Below, piece after piece: positions 46,477 through 57,049 of a DNA stretch of 64,000 bases; the first letter of the stretch is position 1; every line of letters begins with the position of its first letter. The DNA lies in IMG/VR virus record IMGVR_UViG_2660238585_000005, one strand, 5' to 3'. A model generated the notes under the pieces. That model was not told the DNA's origin and made no database searches. It saw nothing but the letters and a program-made list of their open reading frames with translations. The position numbers and the translations under genes are program-made. Origin of the DNA: an uncultured virus (IMG/VR IMGVR_UViG_2660238585_000005). Taxonomy: Duplodnaviria; Heunggongvirae; Uroviricota; Caudoviricetes.

Positions 46477-49400
46477 CTACCTACTAACCTCTTTTCTAAT
46501 GCTAAATTCTTTCCTTGTATTTTATCTACAACTTTAGCAATTACCCTATCTTCGAGGATTACAGGTATATTTATGTTTATATCTTGTGTTACAGTAGAGC
46601 CTGTCCTAACTTCTGAATATTTTCCATTTTCTTCTGCTGTTAAGACTCTTTCTCCTTTATGCAATCTCGCAATATATCCATCATAAGGTACATAATCTAA
46701 CCCATTATAATGAAATCCAGTTTTTGATGGACTTGGTTCTCTTGTTATCATATCGAACACTTTTTTTACAGGATGCCAATTTTCCCACCAATCTTTCATT
46801 TTATCCCAAGTACTCTTAACTTCTCCAGTTGTTGTATCAACATCCTTTTTTATGTTAGAATTCATAGATGTTATTTGTTCTACTGCTTGATTTCTAGTAT
46901 CTTTAGCAGCTTTAACCGTATCATCTCTTTGCTTCTTAGCATCTTCTATAAGCTTTTTAGCTTGATCTGCACTAATGACTTTACTCTCATCTCTCATTCT
47001 AATTATTTCAGAAATTCTTTGATCACACTCACTATTAGCAGCTTCAATGGATTTATCTCGAGATTTATTTAATTCTTTAATATGCTTAGAAGCCATTTCG
47101 GCAGTTATATTCTTATCATAATCTTTCATTCTTTCAAGAATAACTTTACTCTCAACTTCATTTGCAGACAATGTTTTAACTGCATTTTCTTTCATTTTTT
47201 TTTGAATTTCATCAATAGTTGAAGATTCTTTATCACTTATCTGTCTATGTTCTTCAGATGCTTTTTGAATTATATCATTTATTTTTTTCTGGTATCCATC
47301 TATTTTCACTTTTTTTTCATTCCAATGTTTTTCAGTATCACTTAAAATTTGAGCTTCTTCTTTAGTTGAAAGGGCATTAGACTTATCAAAAAAACCTTTT
47401 TGACTTTTTAGTTCAATATCTCTTTTTTTATCTAAACCATCCTTAATCTTAGTACTCATATCTGTATAAATTTTTTGTAAATCTTGAGATTGTTTTTTAG
47501 TTAATCCTGTACTTTGATTTAATGTATCTCTAAAATCTTTTATAGTCTGATCTTTTTGCTTTTTAGTCAATCCTTTAGTTCCATTAACCATTGAAGCATA
47601 TTGCCTTATTATTTCATCTTTATTTTTTTTAGTTAGATGTCCAGTATCTGTTACTAACTTTTTAAATTCTACAGTCATTTTCTCTTTTTGATCCTTAGAT
47701 AAATTACTAGACTTTTTACTCATTTCTGTAAAATTATTTATAACACTATCTTTAGTTGCTTTAGTAAATTTATTTGAATTTATTTTTAAACTCATCATTG
47801 ATTCACTTGCTTTTTTGTCTAAATCTAAATAAGATTTAACACTATCTTTAGTTGCTTTAGATATTTTAATCACATCTTTTTTAGTAGCTTGTGCATAATT
47901 CCCAAATTTGTCTTTACTAAATTCAACTTTATCTGCAAATAAATCTACAGCTGGCGTTGCGCTGGAATTTAAGTATTCAGCAGTTTTGTACCCTGCATAA
48001 CCTATAGCTGCTACACCAGCTGCTACACCAGCAACAGTTCCAACTAATGGTAGTGAAATTCCTCCTAATAATCCTAATCCAATAGAAGTCTTTGATATTA
48101 ATTCAATTCCTGTTCCTAATCCAGTTAAAACAGGTCCTGCTGCTACTGCAAATAGACCTAGTTTTAAGATTAAATTCCTAGTACCTTCATCCATAGAAGC
48201 AAAGCTCTTAACAATCTCTGTAGCCTTTTGAATCATTGGAGTTAACGTAGGAAGTAATCCAGTTCCAATTTCAGAACTAAGTTCTTTTGTTGCTTCAGAA
48301 AATATTTTTAATGAATTAGATGCTCCATCATTTCCACTTGCAAAATCATTTTGCATGTCCTTGGTTTTTGACATAACATAATTGTATCTAAGTTGCACTA
48401 ATTCAGCTTGTGTCATATTATTTATTTTCTTTTTTATGCCTTCATTAGATGCAAATTGCTGTAAATTAGCATCTGTCATAGTTATTCCTAGTTCTTTAAG
48501 CGCTTTTGTTTCTCCAGTGTATATACCTGTTAGTGCTTCGTTTGCTCTTTCTATAGTTATATTTTTATAAGAAGACATATCTGCCGCTAACTGTGCCAGA
48601 TTTATAGCATAATCTGTTGTATCTTTAGATGTTAGCTTCATACTTAACCCCATATCTCCAAATTTATTAGCTAACTCTAATGCACTTGACTGGCACATTC
48701 CCATAGATTCTAATGAATTGTTTGACCAATCCTTTACAGTTTCACTATTTTCTCTAAATATACTATCTGTTTTACCTAAGTTATCATCTAAATCCATAGC
48801 AGCTGTAAAACTAGCTTTTCCTACTTTTAATATTGGTAGAGTTACTTTAGATGTTAACGTTGATCCTAAATCCTTTAATTTTCCAGAAACCTTTTCTATC
48901 TTTTCATTTATATTAGAAAGCCTAGTTTTTTTAATCTCTTCATTTGTTTCATTTAAAGCATTTTGTGTTTCTAATAATTCCGTTTGCGTTTCATTTAGCT
49001 TAATATTATAATTATTCAAATTATTTTTAGCTTTGTCTACAGCTTCCTTATTTCTATCATACTCAACGTTTAATTTATTTATTTCTCTTTGTAAACTTTT
49101 AGCCTGTCGACTATTTTTTCCAAAACTATTTTCAACTCTTTCATGCTCTCTTGTTAAATCATTTAATTTTTCTTTTAGTCTTGTACTCTTATCAGTATAT
49201 GATGTTAAGCTTCTCTGCGCTTGATCATATCCATGCTTAGCTAAAGTAATGGCCCTTGATTGCAATTTAATTTTATCTGATAGCTCATTTTGTTTTGACG
49301 CTAAAATCCCAATTTTATCTCCCAATAAAGCTGCACTAGCTCCTGCTAACTTAAATCCCGATTCAGCTAATCTTGAATCATTGTTAAGTTGTTTAAACTG

Positions 49401-49511
49401 TTCTTCTAATCGAGAACTCCCTTGAGTTGCCTCATCTATACCTCTATTGAAATCATCTAAGTTTGCTCTTATTTCACAAACTAATGGTGCTAATTCTATT
49501 CCACTAGCCAT
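46473..49511 (-). CDS. Tail tape measure protein
   Basis: Long helical protein; C-terminal half closely similar to the prophage 1 TMP. Confidence 0.92.
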   Translation of the reverse strand: MASGIELAPLVCEIRANLDDFNRGIDEATQGSSRLEEQFKQLNNDSRLAESGFKLAGASAALLGDKIGILASKQNELSDKIKLQSRAITLAKHGYDQAQRSLTSYTDKSTRLKEKLNDLTREHERVENSFGKNSRQAKSLQREINKLNVEYDRNKEAVDKAKNNLNNYNIKLNETQTELLETQNALNETNEEIKKTRLSNINEKIEKVSGKLKDLGSTLTSKVTLPILKVGKASFTAAMDLDDNLGKTDSIFRENSETVKDWSNNSLESMGMCQSSALELANKFGDMGLSMKLTSKDTTDYAINLAQLAADMSSYKNITIERANEALTGIYTGETKALKELGITMTDANLQQFASNEGIKKKINNMTQAELVQLRYNYVMSKTKDMQNDFASGNDGASNSLKIFSEATKELSSEIGTGLLPTLTPMIQKATEIVKSFASMDEGTRNLILKLGLFAVAAGPVLTGLGTGIELISKTSIGLGLLGGISLPLVGTVAGVAAGVAAIGYAGYKTAEYLNSSATPAVDLFADKVEFSKDKFGNYAQATKKDVIKISKATKDSVKSYLDLDKKASESMMSLKINSNKFTKATKDSVINNFTEMSKKSSNLSKDQKEKMTVEFKKLVTDTGHLTKKNKDEIIRQYASMVNGTKGLTKKQKDQTIKDFRDTLNQSTGLTKKQSQDLQKIYTDMSTKIKDGLDKKRDIELKSQKGFFDKSNALSTKEEAQILSDTEKHWNEKKVKIDGYQKKINDIIQKASEEHRQISDKESSTIDEIQKKMKENAVKTLSANEVESKVILERMKDYDKNITAEMASKHIKELNKSRDKSIEAANSECDQRISEIIRMRDESKVISADQAKKLIEDAKKQRDDTVKAAKDTRNQAVEQITSMNSNIKKDVDTTTGEVKSTWDKMKDWWENWHPVKKVFDMITREPSPSKTGFHYNGLDYVPYDGYIARLHKGERVLTAEENGKYSEVRTGSTVTQDININIPVILEDRVIAKVVDKIQGKNLALEKRLVGR

Positions 49512-49832
49512 CTATTCGCCTCCTCTCTCACTAAAATTTTGTATCTTTTTATAATCAGCTTTAGTCTGAGTAAGTCCCCATAGTGTAGCTAGGAATTCTC
49601 TTCCCTTTTCAGATTGTTTTAGTCCATATATCCAAGCTTCTTTTCGATATAATAAAAAAAGCGAGTATGGAAGATTATAAATTTCATTAAAATTTAATCC
49701 AGTATACTCACTTATACTTTTTATATCTGCTGTTAAATTTATATAATCTTTCTCCCATTCTTCAGAAGGAAAATATTTATCTACTATAGCTTCTCCTATA
49801 GGTCCTTCAGGAATGGGATTTTTTAGTTTGGG
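49512..49832 (-). CDS. Tail assembly chaperone -1 frameshift extension
   Basis: Slippery C CCA AAC (49826-49832) before TAA; -1 frame open (LKNPIPEGPIGEAIVDKYFPSEEWE...ERGGE*) up to the TMP start. Confidence 0.82.
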   Translation of the reverse strand, partial: PKLKNPIPEGPIGEAIVDKYFPSEEWEKDYINLTADIKSISEYTGLNFNEIYNLPYSLFLLYRKEAWIYGLKQSEKGREFLATLWGLTQTKADYKKIQNFSERGGE

Positions 49833-50131
49833 TTTGTTTCGGCTCCCACTATTGCTTTTATTAATTCATTATATAAGGCCTTAATTGCACTAAAGGTTAA
49901 GCTTTCAATAAAGTCTTCCTTAAATACTTTCTTATCTAAATTATTGTTTAAAAATTCTAAAAGTATATTTGATTGATTTTTATATATTTCATCTTCATTC
50001 ATTTTTATAAAATCTCTTTCATATGCTCTAACTTTTTTTGCTAAAGCAAATGAAGGTTGATTAACCTTTATAATATTCTTATCTATTTTCATTTCTATAG
50101 CTTTTCCATTTATCAAATCTAAATCTAACAT
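49823..50131 (-). CDS. Tail assembly chaperone
   Basis: Position; ends NPN at the slippery site. Confidence 0.8.
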   Translation of the reverse strand: MLDLDLINGKAIEMKIDKNIIKVNQPSFALAKKVRAYERDFIKMNEDEIYKNQSNILLEFLNNNLDKKVFKEDFIESLTFSAIKALYNELIKAIVGAETNPN

Positions 50132-50140
50132 AATTTCCTC

Positions 50141-50668
50141 CTATAATTCTTGTTCAAACTCTGCTAAGAAGTTCTTTATTTTTTCTATTCCTTGTAATTC
50201 TGCATTTATTGAAGTTTCTTTATCTCCAAAATCTAATCCAAATCCATTTCCACCTTGTCCAATCATAGTAAATCTTAATTTTTTTCCATTTTCTTCATGT
50301 ACAAATCTTAATAAAACAGTTTTTAGTGATCCACCACCACCAAATGTAAGTTTCTTAGTTTTCTTTTCTTCATTATTTGTTATTTTAGCAGTAGATAAAA
50401 GCGCTAACTTATTTAAATCCCAAGTTATTATTCCAGTCTTAGCACTTATTTTTTCATCTGTTATAAAGCTTTTTACAACTCTACCATATTGATTTTTCAC
50501 ATCATATTTTTTAGGTTTATAATCTATTTTAAACCCACTATTACAATAACCTACGTTATTATCATCAGTTTCTATAGCATCATGTTCAGGTAAAGTATCT
50601 CCTTCAAATTCCATCATATATACTTCTCCAGAACCTAACATTATCTCATTTTTTTCCATTTTTATCAT
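50141..50668 (-). CDS. Major tail protein
   Basis: IMLGSGEVY, VGYCNSGFKIDYKP. Confidence 0.8.
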   Translation of the reverse strand: MIKMEKNEIMLGSGEVYMMEFEGDTLPEHDAIETDDNNVGYCNSGFKIDYKPKKYDVKNQYGRVVKSFITDEKISAKTGIITWDLNKLALLSTAKITNNEEKKTKKLTFGGGGSLKTVLLRFVHEENGKKLRFTMIGQGGNGFGLDFGDKETSINAELQGIEKIKNFLAEFEQEL

Positions 50669-51042
50669 CCCTTCTTGTATTTAATTATAAAAAAGACACT
50701 ATTTTCGAACATTTGTAAATCTTCGTTATATAGTATCCCTCCACCACTTTTAATAGCTTTAAAGTATAAATTTTTATAACTCTTAAATCTTTTATCACTT
50801 ATATTATTACTAAGTAATTTTTCTAAGCAATTCTCAATTTTTTTTACTTCATCATAATCATTCCAAATTATTTTTACTTCTAACTGAACTTGACTTATAT
50901 AGTCAGTTATAATAGGAGTATAATTATAAACTAATGATGGATTATTAATATCTGTTGTAAATATAGGAAATAATCTATTTTCTCCAATTAACTTTACTAA
51001 TTCTTCACTACTATTTATATAGTCTATAATTATATTTTCTAT
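50665..51042 (-). CDS. Tail completion protein with non-canonical ATA start (absent from ORF track)
   Basis: 125-codon open frame IENIIIDYINSSEELVKLIGENRLFPIFTTD...KYKKG* after GGGGAGGGG RBS; fills the gap exactly. Confidence 0.7.
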   Translation of the reverse strand: MENIIIDYINSSEELVKLIGENRLFPIFTTDINNPSLVYNYTPIITDYISQVQLEVKIIWNDYDEVKKIENCLEKLLSNNISDKRFKSYKNLYFKAIKSGGGILYNEDLQMFENSVFFIIKYKKG

Positions 51043-51443
51043 TTTAACCCCTCCCCTAATATGCCTGGAATTTGAGTTATAGTTGAAATTTTAGCATTTT
51101 CTAAAAATGGTTGTTTTTTATTATATCCATAACCCATCTCACTAAAATTTTTTTGGTTATTATATGATTTTATGATTTTATTCTCATCAGTTTTGCATAT
51201 TCCAGTTCCTTGATGAACTTTAACTGCTTTCTCACTTTTATTTCCAATTACTCCAACTATATAATTATCTTTAATAAATACATCGCAAAACATCTCGTCA
51301 ATTATATTCGATTCTATTGGTGATAACTCTTGCTTAGCTCTTTCCTCAACTAATTTACATACTTTACTCATATTTTGTAAAATTATTTCTTCTGTATCTT
51401 GCTTTATACAATCAAAGCTATCTCCAAATTTAATATTAGACAT
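51039..51443 (-). CDS. HK97 gp10-like neck/tail protein (diverged)
   Basis: VHQGTGI, QPFLENA. Confidence 0.7.
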   Translation of the reverse strand: MSNIKFGDSFDCIKQDTEEIILQNMSKVCKLVEERAKQELSPIESNIIDEMFCDVFIKDNYIVGVIGNKSEKAVKVHQGTGICKTDENKIIKSYNNQKNFSEMGYGYNKKQPFLENAKISTITQIPGILGEGLK

Positions 51444-51744
51444 TTTTTATCTCCTTTAAAAAAACCTGACTTATTCGTCCTTGTGAGATTACTCCATTTA
51501 TATTGTAAATTTTGTCTTTATCTTTTAATCTATTTCCTACCATTATTATTTTATTAAAAGTCAATCCGATATGAGAACTTTCATTGTATCTAATACTAGA
51601 TGTGTTTACTCTGCTATCAGTCTCATATATAGCTATAAAAACTTCACCTTTGTCACTCCATTTATTTTTTCTATATCCACTAGGAGTTATAATTTCTTTA
51701 TTTTCCTGTAAAATTAGCTTTTTCATACTACTATTAATACTCAT
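51436..51744 (-). CDS. Head closure protein
   Basis: Position and size. Confidence 0.7.
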   Translation of the reverse strand: MSINSSMKKLILQENKEIITPSGYRKNKWSDKGEVFIAIYETDSRVNTSSIRYNESSHIGLTFNKIIMVGNRLKDKDKIYNINGVISQGRISQVFLKEIKNV

Positions 51745-51752
51745 AAATTCTC

Positions 51753-52058
51753 CTATCTTGGAAGTTTCCTATATCTATTCAACTTTTTGGTAATATTTTT
51801 TGAAAATCCATCTATATAAGTAGTTGAAATTCCACTAAAACTTTCACTTTTTATTCCTTCTGATCCTAGCTTATTACATTTAGCAATAACTATCTCAATT
51901 AAAGAGCCTTCCAATCCAATTGGAATTTCTAATAAATTAGTATATTGAAGAATCTCATTTTGAGTTTCTTCAATTAGGTCATTTAAAAGTTCACAGTCTA
52001 TGTTATTTGCTGAATTACTTCTTCGCTTTATTTTTTCTACTAATAAATTATAATTCAT
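51753..52058 (-). CDS. Head-tail connector protein
   Basis: NKLGSEGIKSESFSGISTTY. Confidence 0.85.
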   Translation of the reverse strand: MNYNLLVEKIKRRSNSANNIDCELLNDLIEETQNEILQYTNLLEIPIGLEGSLIEIVIAKCNKLGSEGIKSESFSGISTTYIDGFSKNITKKLNRYRKLPR

Positions 52059-52084
52059 ATCAATACCCTACATAGCAACTGTGA

Positions 52085-52900
52085 TTATGCTTGTACATTA
52101 GATACAGTTACATTAGGATTTAATGTATATGGTTGAATTATAATAGCTTCATCTCTTAAAATAACACTATCATACACACATAATCCTCTAATTCCATCAG
52201 CAAATGATCCCTGTAATCTCATAGCTTCTGTTTCTGATAGTTGCTTGGCTGCTCCTATAGCACTTTTATGATGAGCTATTATAGTATTAGCAGGAAGTTC
52301 TTCGCTCGCCATTACCTGCATACCATTTATTTTTTGTCCTTCTACAAAGCCATTAGATAATACATTTGGATTTCTAGTAAATCTAGCGTCTTTAGACAAT
52401 AATCCTAGTATTTCTGCATCTACAGTTACAAATCTATCTGTTTTTGGTACTTTATTCTTGCTTAATTTAGTTCCCATATCTACTATTACATCATATACAT
52501 TTAATGGAGTTAATTCTTTACTAGTTAATGAGTTCTTTTTATTATTTGCAAGCTTAGCTAATACATATTTATCATATGTCTCTGCTAATACGGCCGCATG
52601 TTCAGCAGTTGTTGCTTTCATAATATCACCTTTTAATTGAACCTTATCTGCATCATCAAGACAAAAAGCAAAATATTTCTTCTGTTCAAAAGTCATCTCT
52701 ACAGGAGTTGTATTTATATCATCCCAAGATATTGATCCTTTATAATCTTTTATTGTACCTGCACCTATTCTATTAAATGTTACTTTATTACCTTTTACAT
52801 CTGTTGGTTTAGTTGTTATTGCATCTGCTATACTTATGTTGTGGAAATTAGCAAGTAATGCTCCTTCCCAAAGTTGTGGTTTAAAACTTTCTACTGACAT
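52085..52900 (-). CDS. Major capsid protein (P22-coat-like type)
   Basis: FKPQLWEGALL, FADGIRGLCVY. Confidence 0.88.
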   Translation of the reverse strand: MSVESFKPQLWEGALLANFHNISIADAITTKPTDVKGNKVTFNRIGAGTIKDYKGSISWDDINTTPVEMTFEQKKYFAFCLDDADKVQLKGDIMKATTAEHAAVLAETYDKYVLAKLANNKKNSLTSKELTPLNVYDVIVDMGTKLSKNKVPKTDRFVTVDAEILGLLSKDARFTRNPNVLSNGFVEGQKINGMQVMASEELPANTIIAHHKSAIGAAKQLSETEAMRLQGSFADGIRGLCVYDSVILRDEAIIIQPYTLNPNVTVSNVQA

Positions 52901-52916
52901 TAATCATCATCCTTCC

Positions 52917-53537
52917 TTATTTTATATTGTTATATGCATCTGCTATTTGTTCAGCAGTCATACTATCAGCATTACTCACAAGATCTTTCCAAGAATTTCC
53001 TATTATTATCTTGTTGTCTGGATTTTTTGGTGTTCCTCCAGATAAAGAAACTTCAAACATATCTTTATATGTTTTCTTTAAATCATTGAGTTGCTCATCT
53101 AGTCCTATTACATTTCCTTGATCATCTATTTCAATTTTTTCTCTATCAAACTTAGTAGCTAGTAAATCTGAATGTTTTGCTTTTGATTTAGTTAATAAAT
53201 TATTGATTGCACTGTCTATAGTTAAACTTCTTATTTTTTTCTGACTATCTTCCTTTAAAGTTTTTATAGTATCTTCATGCTTTTTTATAATTCGTTGTAA
53301 TTGTTCATCGTCAACATTATTTTTCTTGAGATTTTTAATAGTATTACTAGATGCCTTAATTTGATTTTCTAAATCATCTCTTTGACTTTTAAGCTTTTTA
53401 TATCTTTCATCTATATTTTCATGTGTTGTAATAAAAATTTTCTCTTTGCTCATAGCTTTAACAATTGATTTAATTTTGTTTTCATCTAGTTCATATTTTT
53501 TTAGTAGTTCTTCAAATTTCATTTTTATTACCTCCAT
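52917..53537 (-). CDS. Scaffolding protein (GP20-like)
   Basis: Coiled coil, GLDEQLNDLKK..MF; upstream of capsid. Confidence 0.85.
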   Translation of the reverse strand: MEVIKMKFEELLKKYELDENKIKSIVKAMSKEKIFITTHENIDERYKKLKSQRDDLENQIKASSNTIKNLKKNNVDDEQLQRIIKKHEDTIKTLKEDSQKKIRSLTIDSAINNLLTKSKAKHSDLLATKFDREKIEIDDQGNVIGLDEQLNDLKKTYKDMFEVSLSGGTPKNPDNKIIIGNSWKDLVSNADSMTAEQIADAYNNIK

Positions 53538-53634
53538 ATACGCTTTTTACAAGTGTTGCTCTTGTAATGTGGTTTTGCTAACTCTCTTTTACGTCTATAG
53601 ATAGCAATTGAAGACAATATAAAAAGCCTTAATA

Positions 53635-55020
53635 TTAAGGCTTTTTAATTTCTTTATTCAATTGTTCTTGTTCTTCTCTTAAATTTTTAACCCATGGGTG
53701 ATTTGCAATTATAGTTTTATCGCTTACTATTCCTTTAGATTTAATACAATTTTCTATAGTTTCAGCTTCATTTATTTTTATATTTTTATTAAAAATTAGT
53801 TCTATATCTTCATCTTGATATATCCCTTGGTTAGTTTCCCTAAGATATGTGTTTACAAAATATATTAGTTCCTCAAAAGCTCTAGTAAATAAAACTTCTA
53901 ATGAATTACACTTTAAGTCTATACCACTATATAAAAACTTTAGTGCTATACCACTGGGAGAACTTCCGAACTTATCTAAATCTTTATTTATACCTTGTCC
54001 ACACTCATTTATATCACGTTTTAATTGTTCATAATGTATTTTTATAGCATCTATATCCATATTAGGACTTAATGTTTCTACACTACCTTCAGATGCATCA
54101 TCTATAGCTATGGCTCTATAGAAATTTAATTTATCCATAAAATCCCCTAAATTTTCTCCTCCATAACCTTTTAAAACGAATATTAAATTTTTTACTTCAT
54201 CTATAAAATTTGCAACATCACTTCTGCTTAAATCATAATTGTCTATTAAGCTTTTCACAAATTTTATATCGGACTTTTCAATTCGATTATTTTTAAAAGG
54301 TATAAATGGTATTTTACCCCATACCTCCCAAAATCCATCTTTTATATAATGGCCTTTTTCACCTTCAATGTTAAGATACTCTTCACTATCTAACATTATC
54401 TTATCTCCATCTTTTATATAGTGTTCTAGTTTATCTTTAAACCATAGCTCTATTTTAGTTATAGTTTTCTTCTTTGTACCTTCATAAGTTATTACATCAT
54501 AGAATCTTATTAATCTATCTATCTCATTATGTTTTCTACTTTTCCAAATAGGAATTATTTGTTCACTAGGGATAACCATTGTATCAAATTTACCTTTTTC
54601 ATTTATATATATATGTAGCCATCCGATTCCTTTATTACTAGCTTCATACCCTAACTCATTAAAAGTGTCTTGAAAATATTTACCTAAAGTATCTTTTACT
54701 TTATCTATATAATCTTCATTTTTTGATTTTAAAGTGTATGGTTTAGTTAATAAATATCCAACTTTTTCATCCACTAAGTTTTTATAAAAACCATGTGCTA
54801 ATTTATTATTAGATTTATATTTTAATTCTTCTTCTCCTCCACTTTTTAACGGTCTAGTTATTTTTCTACTTAATATATCATTCTCTACTCCATAGTATCT
54901 TTCTCCTGTAAGCATGAGTTTTCTATTACTAGAATTTATAAATTCTTGAATTTCTTCCTCTAACCATTGTATAGTAGTCATTGATCCATCTGATTCTTCT
55001 GTCTTTCCAAACCAAAGCAT
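53635..55020 (-). CDS. Portal protein, SPP1 family
   Basis: LVDEKVGYLL, IPFIPFKNN, SGIALKFLY. Confidence 0.95.
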   Translation of the reverse strand: MLWFGKTEESDGSMTTIQWLEEEIQEFINSSNRKLMLTGERYYGVENDILSRKITRPLKSGGEEELKYKSNNKLAHGFYKNLVDEKVGYLLTKPYTLKSKNEDYIDKVKDTLGKYFQDTFNELGYEASNKGIGWLHIYINEKGKFDTMVIPSEQIIPIWKSRKHNEIDRLIRFYDVITYEGTKKKTITKIELWFKDKLEHYIKDGDKIMLDSEEYLNIEGEKGHYIKDGFWEVWGKIPFIPFKNNRIEKSDIKFVKSLIDNYDLSRSDVANFIDEVKNLIFVLKGYGGENLGDFMDKLNFYRAIAIDDASEGSVETLSPNMDIDAIKIHYEQLKRDINECGQGINKDLDKFGSSPSGIALKFLYSGIDLKCNSLEVLFTRAFEELIYFVNTYLRETNQGIYQDEDIELIFNKNIKINEAETIENCIKSKGIVSDKTIIANHPWVKNLREEQEQLNKEIKKP

Positions 55021-55034
55021 ATACTACCTCCTCA

Positions 55035-56249
55035 CTAAATCATTAACCTTAATCCACTACCTTTGCTCTCTGTATAAATTGCATATCTAAGTGCATCCAA
55101 TACATCATCCCACAGCTTAATAGGTTCTCCCGTTGTTTTATTCCAAGCATACATAAAAATTTCTTTTTTAAATAAATCAGTATGTTCCTTTACTACCTTT
55201 AATTTATTAGTCTTAAATCCTTTTGCTACTACTTCAATTCCACTTAATACTGATTTATCAGCATTTTTAGCTCTTAGACCTTCCTTTTTAAATCTTGCTA
55301 CATGTTCAGGTCTTGCACTATCACAATAAAAAATTATATTTCCATATTTACTTTTTATTGTTTTAGCTACATCTACCCAATAATCAATTTCTTCATATTG
55401 TCTTGCATACTCTCTTAATAAATATAAATTTTCATTATCATCTTTTCCTATAACAACTATAGAACCATGATGTTCATATCCCCAGTCAACACCTGCAAAA
55501 AATTTTACAAAATTTATATTTTTTAAATTACTTTCACTTATGTAATGAATATCTTTTCTAAAGTCTCTATAAACAATTCCTTCTGCAGATACCCATAATC
55601 CCTTTATATCTCTATCATAAAACATTCCAGATGGAGTTGATGCTTTAATATTGTTTCTATATCTCTCACTTAAAAATGTATTCTCATCTAACTCATAGTG
55701 ATAAGCTTGTATTATTTTTCCATCTGCTTTATCTATAAAATTTGATTTTAGCCAGTGTTCTGGTTGATCTGGATTTGTATCTATTAATATTCGTGCTCCT
55801 TCACCAGAACATCTTGCTTTAATTTCATTAAAAACTTCTTCATTTGCCATAGTTCCTTCGTTTATATATGCTCCAAATGAAGTCATCCCTCTTATTCTTC
55901 CTAAATCATTTTTTTTTGAATGTCCAAAACAGCATACTTGAACTCCAAATAAAATAAATCTATTGTGTTTGTCAAACTTAAACTCAATATCATATTTATT
56001 GGTAAGTTCATTTAAAACATTTCTTTGAACTGATCCTAAATCAGCACCTGCTAAAATATATTGAGGTAATGTAATATTTAATTCATCAGCTATCTTTCTA
56101 ACTCTTCTTAATTCATATATAAATAGATCATTATCTAAAATAGTTTTTCCTGTTCTTTTAGCACCATGATTAATTAACATAAAAAAATCGTTGGTCATTG
56201 CAAAGTTCATTACTTCTAATTGTTTTTTATGATATAAATCATTTAACAT
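55035..56249 (-). CDS. Terminase large subunit, PBSX family
   Basis: GAKRTGKT, DTNPDQPEHW, GVDWGY, DALRYA. Confidence 0.95.
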   Translation of the reverse strand: MLNDLYHKKQLEVMNFAMTNDFFMLINHGAKRTGKTILDNDLFIYELRRVRKIADELNITLPQYILAGADLGSVQRNVLNELTNKYDIEFKFDKHNRFILFGVQVCCFGHSKKNDLGRIRGMTSFGAYINEGTMANEEVFNEIKARCSGEGARILIDTNPDQPEHWLKSNFIDKADGKIIQAYHYELDENTFLSERYRNNIKASTPSGMFYDRDIKGLWVSAEGIVYRDFRKDIHYISESNLKNINFVKFFAGVDWGYEHHGSIVVIGKDDNENLYLLREYARQYEEIDYWVDVAKTIKSKYGNIIFYCDSARPEHVARFKKEGLRAKNADKSVLSGIEVVAKGFKTNKLKVVKEHTDLFKKEIFMYAWNKTTGEPIKLWDDVLDALRYAIYTESKGSGLRLMI

Positions 56250-56934
56250 TTATATGTTCCTCTAATTTCGTAAAATATTGATCTATTTTTTCTTCTCTAT
56301 TTTTTTCATTATTAACTATTCTAGACTTTAAGACTTCTATTCTAGCTTTTTGTTCTTCAGTAGCTAAATTAAAATTAGAATTAATCATATTGTCATATTG
56401 CTTAATTAAACTCCTTAATTCGCTCATTGCTCTACTTTGAGCATTAAGAAAAGAAGCTTGTCTATCCCATGCAAATTGAAGTTCATACTCTATCTTTTGA
56501 GATAACTCACTTTGTTCCTCTTTTTTTACTTCTCTTATTATTTCATCTTTTTCAGCAACATACATAATTTTTTGAGCTCTTATTATAGCCGCATACTGTA
56601 TTACAATTTGTTCCCAAAGTATATCTATCTGTTTTTTTTCAACTATAGAATCCATTAACTCTAAAGTTTCATCTGGTAAGTATTTAGAAAAAAAGCCAAA
56701 CTTTTCAGCATTTTTATTTCCTTTTGGGGCTCCATGTCCAACTGCATTTTTATTATTAAGAGGAGCTCCTCCAGTATTCTTAGGTATTCCCTTTCGCCGT
56801 TTTTCTTCAGCCCATTTATATCTACTTATCCATGATTTCAGTGTATTTATATTAATTCCATGATTTTTACATATTTGTTTTTGTTTTATTCCATTTAGAT
56901 AATCTATTTTAGCTAAATCCTTTAAATCTGCCAC
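56239..56934 (-). CDS. Terminase small subunit (YqaS-like)
   Basis: HTH with TLKSWISRYKW; GAP.GNKNA repeats. Confidence 0.9.
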   Translation of the reverse strand: MADLKDLAKIDYLNGIKQKQICKNHGININTLKSWISRYKWAEEKRRKGIPKNTGGAPLNNKNAVGHGAPKGNKNAEKFGFFSKYLPDETLELMDSIVEKKQIDILWEQIVIQYAAIIRAQKIMYVAEKDEIIREVKKEEQSELSQKIEYELQFAWDRQASFLNAQSRAMSELRSLIKQYDNMINSNFNLATEEQKARIEVLKSRIVNNEKNREEKIDQYFTKLEEHINVK

Positions 56935-56959
56935 ATCACCACCTCAATTCTTTGTTAAA

Positions 56960-57000
56960 TAAAAAAGCCACTAATCTTTTTAAGATTTAGTGACTTTTTT
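56960..57000. terminator. Intrinsic terminator in late leader of prophage 2
   Basis: A6-GCCACTAA...TTAGTGAC-T6. Confidence 0.75.
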
Positions 57001-57049
57001 ATTACTATGCATTTAAACATATGAAAACTTGTTGCAAAATAACAGTTTT

